In this document: in pieces, positions 1 to 10,603 of the stretch
Numbering within the stretch: position 1 is the first letter of the stretch
Layout: every line of letters starts with the position of its first letter
Source of the DNA: Albugo candida
Lineage: Eukaryota
Assembly: GCA_040437565.1 (NCBI GenBank)
Contig: JBDOQK010000013.1
Coordinates: 496,001 to 560,000, forward strand
Direction of reading: 5' to 3'
Length of the DNA: 64,000 nt
Translations under genes and position numbers: made by a program
Notes under the pieces: generated by a model
Database searches by the model: none
Told to the model about the DNA's origin: nothing
Seen by the model: only the letters and a program-made list of their open reading frames with translations

Positions 1-104
1 TTTTAGTCACTTGCCTGACAATTTATATGTTAACAGAAACGTGTCCAATTCCTGTGACTGCCCAAGTATCTGCAAATATCGCACAGGAGATGATACAAAG
101 TCAC

Positions 105-791
105 TCAAGTTCCATTTATGACAGAGTCCAGATTCAATCCTTCAAAGTCTAGATCTGCCGCATCTGGAGAAGCCTGTGGCTTGGGATCTTCCGCTTTAGG
201 AGAAGCTACTGACCCGGGATCTTTGGCCTCCTTATTTGCTTTTGATTTATTTTTAGAAGTGTCAAAAATGCATCCCCATGTCTTCTTATCTTCTAAATGC
301 GCACAGGTTGCATGTTGTCGTGCCATACATACGCCTTTCGAAACGAAAGTTGTGAGGAAGCAATGACAATCACTTACAGCCTGAGTTTGGTTCATAGGAC
401 ATCCCTTGCCACTTGGTTCTGGTCCAGAGCCTGAGCATGGTTCTTCATCCACACAGTATGTCGCATCAGACAAAACACTCACTTGAAACTTGCAATCTCT
501 TTCATTACCACCAGCAGCTTTAATATTTCCTGGCAATGTTTCTTTACTCCCTCCTCCAGGATTGCCTGAAACAGGATGAGGACTCTTTGCACCTATTTGC
601 TGGCCTTCTAAATTAGCCATCACATTATCTGGGCTTGCGACCGGAGTAATTGACGTTTCCGACTCCTTTAACTCTTTGTCTAAAAAAGTGCGATTTTTCT
701 CGTTTACACTCGGTAGTGCTGGATCGGCTGTGGCTGTTCCACATGCAACCATTAGAAATAACCAAGTCAGAAGATGATGAACCAGCCTCAT
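105..791 (-). CDS. Secreted Cys-rich protein with the oomycete 'SVxxDATYC...CSGSG...GCP...DC...C...C...WGC' module (carbohydrate-binding/Car-like family), flanked by low-complexity linkers
   Basis: 228-aa ATG ORF; signal-peptide-like N-terminus MRLVHHLLTWLFLMVACGTATA; Cys module VSVLSDATYCVDEEPCSGSGPEPSGKGCP...TWGCIF recognised from oomycete secreted proteins. Confidence 0.75.
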   Translation of the reverse strand: MRLVHHLLTWLFLMVACGTATADPALPSVNEKNRTFLDKELKESETSITPVASPDNVMANLEGQQIGAKSPHPVSGNPGGGSKETLPGNIKAAGGNERDCKFQVSVLSDATYCVDEEPCSGSGPEPSGKGCPMNQTQAVSDCHCFLTTFVSKGVCMARQHATCAHLEDKKTWGCIFDTSKNKSKANKEAKDPGSVASPKAEDPKPQASPDAADLDFEGLNLDSVINGT

Positions 792-1143
792 ATATAATCA
801 ATGTGGCGTCTAAAACGGTGAATGCTCAAATAAACAGTGCGTGTCCTGTGATTGGGCACGCTTTGCCACGTACGAGATGCAGAGCCGCAATCACATTTAC
901 CATAACACGTGGCTCTGTCGTCTTTTACATGACGTATCTTATACTCGGTCAATAAGACTCGAACAATTGCCTCGTGCCACCTCATTCTTGTGAGTACCAT
1001 CATTGTAATCACAAGCTCGCACCCGGTTCGACTCATATGAATCTAAAAGGCTAGGTGATAAGGTGTTAAGCACTGTATGCCGGTGGTGTATGTGGTATTG
1101 GATTTTGATCAGAGGAGTTTGCAGTTAAGTGTTATTCGCTTTG

Positions 1144-1926
1144 ATGGACAAAGAACTAAGTTTGTCAAGTGCAACACTCGCTGCTTTACAGGAGTTTGCA
1201 CAAGAAAACGGCGTTTTGATTCCTGAGGACTCATTGGATGTTCGAAAAGAAATACAGAAAGCACTTGATTGTGAGCCAAAAGAAGATAATTTTACATATA
1301 CTTTCGGCTCGGAAGAATTGAATGAAAACAATGGCAAAATCTGTATACAATTGCAAGGGTTGAGAAGAGATATCGGGCAAACGCTACAGAGCACAGGGCT
1401 CACTCTATGGCACGCAGGCGACATATTGTGTGACTTTTTATATGCAAATCAAGCACTGATTCGTGATCAAAGTGTTGTGGAGCTTGGGAGTGGACTTGGG
1501 TTGTGTGGAATCTTAGCTGCTTACTTTGCAGATCGAGTTGTGATGACGGTATACATTATTGTGTCAAGTAATTATTTCTGAATTTCATGTTAGGATGGAG
1601 ACGATGAAACGCTACAAATGCTTGAAGAGAATTGCAAAATTAACCAAATACGTCGGTACGAATGTAAAAAACTTGTGTGGGGAAAGTCTCTGGATCAATG
1701 GAAAGATAAATTTCAAGTCGTTCTGGGGGCTGATATCGTTTATGACGAAGGTTGTTTAGACGCGCTTATTCAGACAGCAACTCATCTTCTTAGCCATGAA
1801 GGCGTATTCATATTAGCCTTCACGAAACGAAATGTCTCAATTGACGCTGTTTTAGATACGGCTGCGAAGTATAAGTTGCAACAAAAAGAGACTGAGAAAG
1901 AAGGTATCTACATTTTTCACCGCTGA
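1144..1926 (+). CDS. SAM-dependent protein-lysine methyltransferase (METTL21/Methyltransf_16 family), 2 exons
   Basis: Motifs TGLTLW, VVELGSGLGLCG, VLGADIVY; GT-AG intron 1549-1593 joins VVMT|DGDDETLQML; first ATG at 1144. Confidence 0.85.
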
Positions 1927-2064
1927 GTGTAATGTACTAGTAAACATCTTCATTCTGATCTGATTGACGGCGTCACAACGGGTACCCAATCCGTGTTCAC
2001 CACGTTATATTCGCCCTTGCAAAGCGAACTTAAGCGACGTTTTGACCGATTTCTTTAAGCGAAA

Positions 2065-3569
2065 ATGGGAAATATTTCCACTTGGGTGACGCAGACGTTG
2101 TGTCCTGAAGAACAGCTGACTTATTACGCAGCTAGAACAGGCGATGCACACCTTCTTCGTAAAGCCATTGCTGCACTAACGACTGAGAAACGTCATTATT
2201 TAGAATGGTATGATGCATCCGGACTTACCGCACTTGCGCAGGCTTGCATTCATGGATACAATGAATGCGTGGAAATTTTGATCGCTGCCGGTGCAAACTG
2301 CAGGAATCGCGATCAGCAAGGAAATAGTGTTCTCCATTTAGCTGCCAAGTATGGAAGAAGCGACGTCGTTCACACTTTGTTGGATGGATTCAATCCTGCG
2401 GGAATCGCGATGGCTGGGTGTCGCGCTGTATCGACACCAACACGTGTCGATATGTATGCGTGCAACTCCTCACGCGAAACAGCACTAGATATCGCGCGAA
2501 AGCAATATTTTGAAGTCGAAAATGGAGCCCAACACGCGAAATGTATGGAGCTTTTGGAGAAGGTAGTGAATGAGGATTTCGGGTCGATTGAGTTTTAGTG
2601 ATGATTGTGCAGAAATCTTGCGTGCATATAGGTTGGCTCTATCAACGTGTGGACAATCTGATATCAATGGCTTCTGGATTTTCGGCATTAAATTCGTGGA
2701 AAAGACGGTATTGAATGCCACTATTTCTAAGACTTGAATCGATAGCCGTTGTCATAGGTATTGTATGGTTCTGATGACGTCAGCAGAAGAGTCTCTTGAA
2801 ATCGATTTATTTGCAATGAAACCAGGCGAGAAGCGTCCTGTTCGTCCAAGGTATCGTCGAATTTAGTCTTGAAGTTGAACACAACAAATAAGTCGCTAGT
2901 TTTGAGTATGTCTATCGAGTGACAGATACAGTGCGATCTGCTATCGATACAAAGTGGTTCAATCGCAAAGAACACACGTTTTCAATACAAGTTTCTGAAA
3001 AAGGAAAGCAATCCACGGACTTGATTGAGTTGGAGCTGGCTGCCACGTCGGCAAGCGACCTCGTAGCGTGGCGTGTCTTTTTTACGAACGCGCAGGTACA
3101 CAACCGATCGATTTGATTGGTACAATTGCTAAATTTTCGTTAGTCAATCATACAGCAACGTCGAAATGGTGCGGTTGCGGATATTGCAAGCACAATGAGC
3201 GCTACATGGTTCGAAAATCGGGAAATGCAAGAAGCTGTACAGCGGTCTCTTCAGGATTTGGTGCCGGTGCCAAGCACTTCGTCGATTGTTTCCTCTGCGC
3301 CACCGTGGAACGAATTTGACGTAATGAATGCAAGTTTTGGACCTGATGGTGTCGAAATTGCACAGCCACTGTATGTGGCGGAACAAGACGAGGAGAAACA
3401 CGAAAGCGAATGTGTTGTCTGCTTTGATGCTAAACAGTCAGCAGTTTGTGTACCGTGCGGTCACCACGCACTTTGTATGGAATGTGCCAGTGAGATATTG
3501 GCTTCCAGTCGCATGTGCCCAGTTTGTCGGGTTTCCGTTCGTGAAATTATAAGACTGTACAGAGTTTGA
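2065..3569 (+). CDS. Ankyrin repeat + PH-like + C-terminal RING (C3HC4) E3 ligase, XBAT35-like; multi-exon
   Basis: Ankyrin repeats (GLTALAQAC, GNSVLHLAAKYGR); intron 2563-2612 leads to KSCVHIGWLYQR...SWKRRY; RING CVVCFDA...CVPCGH...C..C..CPVCR; N-terminal MG (possible myristoylation); later exon junctions only approximate. Confidence 0.8.
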
Positions 3570-3641
3570 TACGTGTAATTTATAGTTTTGTTACCTTTGC
3601 AAGTTTTCTACCAATCAAGTCGAAAGGTCTCCAATTTGACA

Positions 3642-5183
3642 ATGAGAAGCGTGGGACGTTTTCTCTCATTCAACCTGACGTTGCTAGCTTCTATTCAAGC
3701 CAATTCACCCCAACGTCACCTACATTACGCAAGCAAGCCATCTCCCCTCCATGCTAAAGCAAAAAGCAATTTTGCGTACGTGACAGTTCATTATGAGGGT
3801 ACCAGTCGTGATCAAGAATACGTTCTTGGCATCCAAGTATTAATGCAATCAATTAAGCTCTCTGGTACACGTCACGATCTCGTTGTGTTAGTGTCCGAGT
3901 CCGTGACATTTGCCACCAAGAAATTATTTCGGGACATTGGTTGTCGTGTATTGGAAGTAGTGGATATCACCAACCCTTACTTAAATCATACGCTGAAGAA
4001 TCAAAACTTTATACACACACTTAATAAACTCCATATATGGAATCTCCTCGAATATGACCGAGTCGTCTACTTGGATGCCGATAATATCGTACTTCGCAAT
4101 GCCGACGAACTTTTTATGTGCGGTCCATTTTGCGCCGTGTTTATGAATCCGTGTCATTTTCACACGGGTTTGTTGGTCGTGACCCCTGATGAAAAGGAGT
4201 ATAAGCGATTACTGCAGCAACTGGAAATTCAAAACTCATTCGATGGTGCAGATCAAGGATTTTTGTCCAGTGTTTACAGCAATGAGCTGAGAAAAGCTCC
4301 TTTATTCACACCTTTTCGAGTCAATCTCAACGAAAAAATCTCGGGAATGCGACTTCCGGTCGGGTACAATATCAACCACAAATACTTTTATGAGCAGTAT
4401 CACTGGAAACTGTTTTATTTACGTCATTTTGCAACAATGACGTCTCCATTGAGTCCCACAAAAGTCGTCGTAGAATCCGCGCGACCGATTCCAGCCATCA
4501 CAATTGGCTTTCCAATGACACCGCAACTCAAGCCTTGGTATTGGTGGGCAGCGTTTTCACTGGATTTGCATCACGTTTGGCACGACGTTCGAGCCACATT
4601 ACCTTCCAAGCATGAGCGGTATGGATTTCATTGTGTGTCTCATGCGTTGATGCAATACGTACTCACAATTTTTGCAACATTTGCGTGTGTTTTTGGCATC
4701 CGATACTTTATTCCTCTTCATTTTGTGCACGAAAAAATGTGTGTTTATGTCTTACGAAAAGACTCGCAGTATCGTACCTTCTACCTTCTATTTCGAATTG
4801 CACTCGTAGCTATGACTGCGTGGCTCACTCCCAATGGGATTCATCCTTTGTCGCGTCTACATGATGCAATTATATTGACGATTATCAGAAATGTTGGTCT
4901 TTTAGTACTCCTATCGACTGTACTTTACTCTTTTCGGAAACCTTTCAGTGTTGAAGTACCAGCAATTCTCTACCTCGCTCGCTTTTGGATGCAAGTCGCA
5001 TATTTGATTCTGTTTGAAGGTTTTATTATTTGGGCCAGCACGTGGCGAATCTTTCCAAACATTCTGTCTCGATTGATAGTTTTAGCGAGTATACTGTTTA
5101 TTTGTGGTTGTTGGCAAACCTATTTTTTGAGATTCGCGATTGAGACGGAATGTATCGATAAGAAGGATCGCCGAAGTCTCTAG
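3642..5183 (+). CDS. GT8 glycosyltransferase with multi-TM C-terminus, plant PGSIP7/8-like
   Basis: YLDAD, FCAVFMNPCHFHTGL, SFDGADQGFL, LKPWYWW motifs; several hydrophobic segments at the C-terminus; first ATG at 3642. Confidence 0.85.
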   Translation: MRSVGRFLSFNLTLLASIQANSPQRHLHYASKPSPLHAKAKSNFAYVTVHYEGTSRDQEYVLGIQVLMQSIKLSGTRHDLVVLVSESVTFATKKLFRDIGCRVLEVVDITNPYLNHTLKNQNFIHTLNKLHIWNLLEYDRVVYLDADNIVLRNADELFMCGPFCAVFMNPCHFHTGLLVVTPDEKEYKRLLQQLEIQNSFDGADQGFLSSVYSNELRKAPLFTPFRVNLNEKISGMRLPVGYNINHKYFYEQYHWKLFYLRHFATMTSPLSPTKVVVESARPIPAITIGFPMTPQLKPWYWWAAFSLDLHHVWHDVRATLPSKHERYGFHCVSHALMQYVLTIFATFACVFGIRYFIPLHFVHEKMCVYVLRKDSQYRTFYLLFRIALVAMTAWLTPNGIHPLSRLHDAIILTIIRNVGLLVLLSTVLYSFRKPFSVEVPAILYLARFWMQVAYLILFEGFIIWASTWRIFPNILSRLIVLASILFICGCWQTYFLRFAIETECIDKKDRRSL

Positions 5184-5222
5184 TCGATGAACATTTGGAA
5201 TGCGATTGCGAATGTTTTCGGC

Positions 5223-7088
5223 TCACAGTGCCCAGAGTCTGAAGGAGCAATCGGAACTTGAGGACGCGAGGAAGTGGCCCAAGGAATCAAATTGAACCGA
5301 CTGTGTGGACAGTATATCGAAAGTTTGAATCAAAATCGAACATAATAAGAAAAAACGTACCTGTACGGGTCCTTCGTGCCCTTTGAGCTCGATCATTTTT
5401 GGTGCGCCTTGTTCATTTTTTCCCGCAAAATCGATTAGTTTAATCGTACTGTCGTCACTTGCAGCAGCGACTATCTGACCGCTCTGATCGAATGCGACGC
5501 TGTTGGAAGCATGCCGACCAGTGTTGATTGTCCCACGTTCAGCGATCATTCGAATATCCCAGGTTTTCACAACCCCATCGGCATCACATGAGGCAATCAC
5601 GTCGCCCCTCACTGCAAATGTGACGCTATTCACTGCGTTTTGATGTCCATAGAACGTTTGCACGCACAATCCAGATCGAATATCCCAAAGAGAAATGGTT
5701 TTATCACCCGAAGCTGTACAGATATTACAACAATACGGCTGGAAGCAAACCGAATTTACAGAATCAACATGACCTCGGAACGTTTTTCGACATTTTCCAG
5801 TGGATACATCCCATAATTTACAAGTCTGATCCATTGATGCACTTACGAGGAAATCGCCCTCATGGTGAAAAGTACTTTCCCAAATCGGATGGGAATGATC
5901 ACTCAAGGTGACGGCACATGATGCACTAATGAAATCCCAAATCTTGATGGTGTTGTCGCCTGAAGATGTCGCCAAGTGCGAACCACGTGGATGAAACGCG
6001 ATGCCAGCGATCCAGCTCTGATGGCCTCCACTCATGACCAACTCGCAACCTGGGACTGACCAGATTTTCCATGACTCATCATCCGATGCGGTCGCAATCA
6101 CGGGATTTGAGGGATGGAAAGATACTGCTGCCACCGCGTTCGCGTGACTCGAACATGTTTTGACATCGGTGACGCTCTTCATATCGAACTTTGCAAACTC
6201 AGTCGCCCGAAACGGATTTTCATGATCTTGAGTTGGTATTTTATGCTCATTAGCGGTGTTTTTCCGACCAGCAACGGGTACAACCTCTTTCAATTTTTTG
6301 TCTCTGTGTTTTTTCACATCTTTCTTGTTCGATTTATTGCCTTTTATTGGTCTGTCAAGTCCGACTTGATCCTCACCTCGAAGGAAACGTAACTCGTGCT
6401 CTAACGCCTCTACACGCGAAACATAGCGATCACGATCCAATCGGATCAACGTTTTCTCCTTCGTACACGACTCATATTTGGATTTTAACTCTTGCAAAAG
6501 CGGTTCAAGTGATTTATTATGTTTCTCGAGTCGCTTCGTTTTGATCGCTAACGCCTCTTTCTCCTGCAAAACTCGATAATGATGCATTTTGTGAAGGTCA
6601 CGCTGCTTCCGAAATTTTTTCCAAGTCTCTTTGGCCTTGAGTGTGATGGCTCTAGTTTCTGCTAAATCCAATTGCAAACGGCGAACTTGGTCATCTAACG
6701 TTTGATTTTGCAAGTAAATATCAGGAACGAGTCTTGCGTTATCGTCTTTGATCAATCCTTTGCTGATAAGTTCGTACCATTCGTGATTAAATATTTGAAG
6801 CGTACTTGTCATTCCCATTCTAATAAGAAAATTGCGAAAAAAATCGTCCACAACAGTTGGAAACTCGCGTAGCTCCACAAATTTTTCGAACTCGGCTTTG
6901 TCGCTTCCTGTTCGCACAACACTCTGCTCATGTTTCTCAGGCTTTTTCAGATTGCGTACAATTGCATCAAATTCTTCTTCATCATCATCATCGCTTTGCT
7001 CTGCTTCAATCTCTTTCAGTAAAGCGGCTTCATCTATCGTTACATGATCAAACGCCTTAATCTCACGGTCTTTGATATCGTCTACCAT
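5223..7088 (-). CDS. SPAG16: Flagellar central-pair WD40 protein PF20/SPAG16
   Basis: VVDDFFRNFLIRMGM..TL..F..EWYEL N-terminal motif, a coiled coil, then about 7 WD40 repeats; probable stop-free 60-nt intron at 5301-5360 (GTACGT...ACAG). Confidence 0.9.
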   Translation of the reverse strand: MVDDIKDREIKAFDHVTIDEAALLKEIEAEQSDDDDEEEFDAIVRNLKKPEKHEQSVVRTGSDKAEFEKFVELREFPTVVDDFFRNFLIRMGMTSTLQIFNHEWYELISKGLIKDDNARLVPDIYLQNQTLDDQVRRLQLDLAETRAITLKAKETWKKFRKQRDLHKMHHYRVLQEKEALAIKTKRLEKHNKSLEPLLQELKSKYESCTKEKTLIRLDRDRYVSRVEALEHELRFLRGEDQVGLDRPIKGNKSNKKDVKKHRDKKLKEVVPVAGRKNTANEHKIPTQDHENPFRATEFAKFDMKSVTDVKTCSSHANAVAAVSFHPSNPVIATASDDESWKIWSVPGCELVMSGGHQSWIAGIAFHPRGSHLATSSGDNTIKIWDFISASCAVTLSDHSHPIWESTFHHEGDFLVSASMDQTCKLWDVSTGKCRKTFRGHVDSVNSVCFQPYCCNICTASGDKTISLWDIRSGLCVQTFYGHQNAVNSVTFAVRGDVIASCDADGVVKTWDIRMIAERGTINTGRHASNSVAFDQSGQIVAAASDDSTIKLIDFAGKNEQGAPKMIELKGHEGPVQVRFFLLCSILIQTFDILSTQSVQFDSLGHFLASSSSDCSFRLWAL

Positions 7089-7169
7089 ATTGGTCTCTTC
7101 GTCAGTTGGAATGGACGCATTGGTGACTGTTCGTAAATCTCGACTTTGGTATTGGGCTCATTTCAACCA

Positions 7170-7899
7170 ATGAAACGATCTTCGTATGCCTACATTTCGC
7201 TGGCAGTACTTCCTATCTTAGTTGGTTGCGTAAACTATCAATCAACTCGTAGCTTTCCGATCAGTATATTTTTAGCGTTTCTATCGTCCTTTGTGGTTTG
7301 CGATGTTTGGTATTTTTTGCGTGTGGTCTTACATTACTTACCCCAACGTTCGCATCGTGCAAATTTATTCGATTCTGATTCATTTAACAGCTGGGTCGCA
7401 TTGAACAGTGTTGATCGAAATGGACATTTTACCAATTCGCGATACTTAAGAGAGCTCGGGTTTGCTCGGCTTCAATTTTGGAAGGTACGACAAGTTTCAT
7501 CTGTTTCAAATTCTCACTACTCTTCTTAAGCGGAATGGAATGTGGGACATCATGAGAGCAAATGGAGGTAATCTGATAGTCTCTTCTCAATCAATTCGTT
7601 ATCGTCGGGAACTGGAATTTGGCCAGAGGTACACGATACAAACGCGATTGCTAGCTTGGGATTCGAAAGCTTTCTATTTAGAGCATCGTTTTGTGAGACA
7701 TTCCGCAAATGTCGATTTCGTGCATGCAATCGTTCTTGTGAAGAATGCCGTTGTTGGAATTCTACCACAAACAGCAATATCTCTTCTCATGGGATGCGAT
7801 ATAGAATCCCCAAATCTTCGAGCAGATTTGGCTGCTTGGATTCAATATGACACACTATCGAGCCTTGCACTTCGCAATGAACATACTAAAACATCCTAG
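7170..7899 (+). CDS. THEM6: Hot-dog fold thioesterase, THEM6-like, 2 exons
   Basis: DRNGHFTNSRYLRELGFAR, IRYRREL, TRLLAWDSKAFYLEHRF; intron 7485-7530. Confidence 0.8.
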
Positions 7900-8029
7900 T
7901 TCGATTATGTCGTGTGATTTTATTTTAATAAATTACCCGGAAAGAAATCGTCAAAATTCTAATGTATCAAGTCAAGATTTGATCATTGCAATCCTAGGTC
8001 ACATATTCGATACGTAACAGCTTTTCATG

Positions 8030-8295
8030 TTAGCTATCCTCGGAAATGGGTGTGAGATATTTCTCCGACGATCCGGATGGAGAAAGTGCTCCCATACTGG
8101 CAATTACGTCGGCGTAAGAGCGTCGGGCATACGATAGCTCCTGTAATCACAATCCTTAAGTAAAAACAAAGCGCTAATTAGATGCTTTTCGCGTACCTCT
8201 AGCACAGATTGTGCTACCTCATCGTCATCTGAGAAGGACACAAAGCAACTGAGCTGCCTTAATGCGTTTTCGCGGGATTGACTTGGGCTCTCCAT
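8030..8295 (-). CDS. Candidate 69-aa spliced microprotein of unknown function
   Basis: ATG 8295; exon 1 8197-8295; canonical 56-nt intron 8141-8196 (GTACGC...TTACAG); exon 2 8030-8140 ends in TAA; lies just downstream of three CCAAT boxes. Confidence 0.5.
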
Positions 8296-8374
8296 GTTCA
8301 AAGTACTTCGGTCTTGAGTTGGACGGCGCAAATTGATCACTGTGGCATTGTATACGCGTTTCATCATGAAGTGG

Positions 8375-8458
8375 ATTGGTTATTAAGCAAAGTGATTGTA
8401 GTCACAACGCAATTTGATTGGATCAGGCAAAAAATGACATCACCATGCTGTCGATTGG
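8375..8458. promoter_or_regulatory. Three CCAAT boxes (GATTGG) in a putative bidirectional promoter
   Basis: ATTGG at 8375, 8417 and 8454, each preceded by G, spaced 42 and 37 bp, between divergent ATGs at 8295 and 8670. Confidence 0.5.
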
Positions 8459-8669
8459 TAAGATTATCGACGTCATTTCGAAAGAATAGAACTTTTTCGT
8501 GAACAGAAGTCGTTTCGGTAAAAAATAGGTTGTTCCCGTGGATAGAAAGTATACGACACATTCTTATGATCTGTAAGGTACTTTGTGGAGTAAAGTGACT
8601 GCAATTTTTTCTTTCTGCCGAACTGAATGTGTAGAACCTAGCAATTCCGAATTTAGTGTAGCAACTCAC

Positions 8670-9421
8670 ATGTCTTCGTCAGTAGTCAGTGATTCTATTC
8701 CTTTGCAGGAGCGCTTACGATTAAAAAAGGTCGGAAGTGAGATATACAATGACTATACGACTCAAAGTAGTACAGAAAATGGTTCTTTCCAACGATCTAA
8801 TAAGAATCAGCCCATTGAGATGACTTCCAAGAAGCCAGTAGGACGCTTTCGACAAGTGGTGGATGTAAGGAACAAGCGCCCACATGATCCTAGATTTGAC
8901 CCACTATGTGGTAAGTTAAATCAGGATCTATTTGCGAAATCGTACTCGTTTTTAGACAGCTACAAGGTAACCGCTTGTCTGATGATGTTTCCATTGTTCA
9001 CTATTCCTTAATGATTACTGAAGGAAAATGAGCTTGATACACTGCGAAAAGAAGTAAAAAAAGCAAAAAATAAGGAGAGAAAAGGAGACTTACAGGTATG
9101 TTTACTATACACAATGGAAACACTCTTCACTCACGCTCGATGTTGCAGCAAAAAGTAAATGTATTAGCGCAGGAAATTAAAGAAAAGAAAAAGTCGAGTC
9201 GGCTCCAAAACGCATTAACAGAACGAAAACGACAAGAAAGAGAAGCAGTTATAAACGGAAAGAGTCCATTTTACATGAAACGGAAGGATAAGAAAAAAGT
9301 TGAGCTTCAAATTAAATTTCAAGAGCTTGAAGAAAGTGGAAATTTGGCCAACTTTATGGCGAAAAAACGAAAGAAAAATTCCAATAAAGATCATCGCTGG
9401 CTTCCCCGAAGGCGAACATAG
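8670..9421 (+). CDS. RRP36: rRNA biogenesis protein RRP36, 3 exons
   Basis: PIEMTSKKPV, DPRFDPLCG, F.KSYSFL, GKSPFYMK, KKRKKN motifs; introns 8967-9023 and 9096-9148. Confidence 0.9.
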
Positions 9422-9486
9422 ATTTCAGATAAATTTTATGATAAGCCTAACGAGGAACGCTATTGTATGCCATTAATGAAGCGTTA

Positions 9487-10521
9487 CTAGTGATAACCCG
9501 AAACTTCTTGGAAGTGTCCCGCACGATTGTATTTCAGCAGAAAGTTTGGGGCTTCCTTTTCCATTTTTGCAGGTTCAATATCCAACTCACGAAATCCCGG
9601 TAAACTTGATGTTTTCACTTGATTCAGTCCAAGACGAATCGCCCAATCAGCTGTAAATCTCGGGTCGGGGAATTGCTCACAAAACTTACCGATGAGTCTT
9701 GCGACCGATAGCGGTAGATTGATGAGATTTGGTGCATGTTTTGTAGCATCAAACACGTAATCAGCCAATTCTTTCGCAGTATACTCCTCGTCACCGACCA
9801 ATTCAAATGTCTGACCCGTCATGTACTCATCAATTATCATAGCGTATAAAGCGGTTGCAACATCATTCACAAAAGCCGGCTGTAAAACTGCCTCACCATT
9901 ATCCACAAGCGGAACCCCTCCAATCTGCATTCGATCTGCAATCCAGTTCAGAAAGCGATCTTCAGGGCCATATATGGCCCCCAAGCGCACAATATTCGCT
10001 TTCGGGAAAGCTTTTCGAACTGCTACCTCTCCACGGTATTTAGAAGCCGCCCAAATAGAAGGTGAATTCGGCTTTGCTAAAATCGATGAGACGTGAATTA
10101 GACGAGAAATTTTTTCTTCCGCACACACTTTTGCAATCGTTTCTGCAGCGTGAACGTGCACATCATCGTAGGTATAATTGATCCACCACGGTAATAAATG
10201 TTTGGTCTGATAATGTTTTCCGATCAAATTGACGACAACATCTGATCCTTTGACCGCATACCGAACAGATTCGGGGTCACGAGCACTGAAGGCCACATTA
10301 GCAGTGTTGCCGAGGTCAGCCATCACTCGAATATGATTCACTTCACTGACATCGCCACGGTAAGGAACAACAATTGTGTGACCCTTTTCACCCAATTCTG
10401 CACAAACATACCGACCAATAAATCCTGTACATCCAAATACAGTTACTGTGAGCCCGTTCCCTTGCACGCGTCCAGGAGGATGACGAAGAGTAGCTCGCGC
10501 GACTGACGATAAAGCCGACAT
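9487..10521 (-). CDS. NDUFA9: NADH:ubiquinone oxidoreductase 39 kDa subunit
   Basis: TVFGCTGFIGRYV, VVPYRG, DVVVNLIG, YGPEDRFLN; first ATG at 10521. Confidence 0.95.
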   Translation of the reverse strand: MSALSSVARATLRHPPGRVQGNGLTVTVFGCTGFIGRYVCAELGEKGHTIVVPYRGDVSEVNHIRVMADLGNTANVAFSARDPESVRYAVKGSDVVVNLIGKHYQTKHLLPWWINYTYDDVHVHAAETIAKVCAEEKISRLIHVSSILAKPNSPSIWAASKYRGEVAVRKAFPKANIVRLGAIYGPEDRFLNWIADRMQIGGVPLVDNGEAVLQPAFVNDVATALYAMIIDEYMTGQTFELVGDEEYTAKELADYVFDATKHAPNLINLPLSVARLIGKFCEQFPDPRFTADWAIRLGLNQVKTSSLPGFRELDIEPAKMEKEAPNFLLKYNRAGHFQEVSGYH

Positions 10522-10603
10522 GAAAATAAAAGGCCGAAACAATTCGCTTTGATTTAGTGCAACCTTCCTGCAACGCTATAAATACAATATAATTTCAACA
10601 TTC

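Noticed and set aside
650-1036. ORFs 650-955 (+) and 788-1036 (-)
   Set aside because: They overlap a real gene or its promoter and show no protein-like signature; the region is better explained as a divergent promoter with a possible 5'UTR intron (about 1075-1124).
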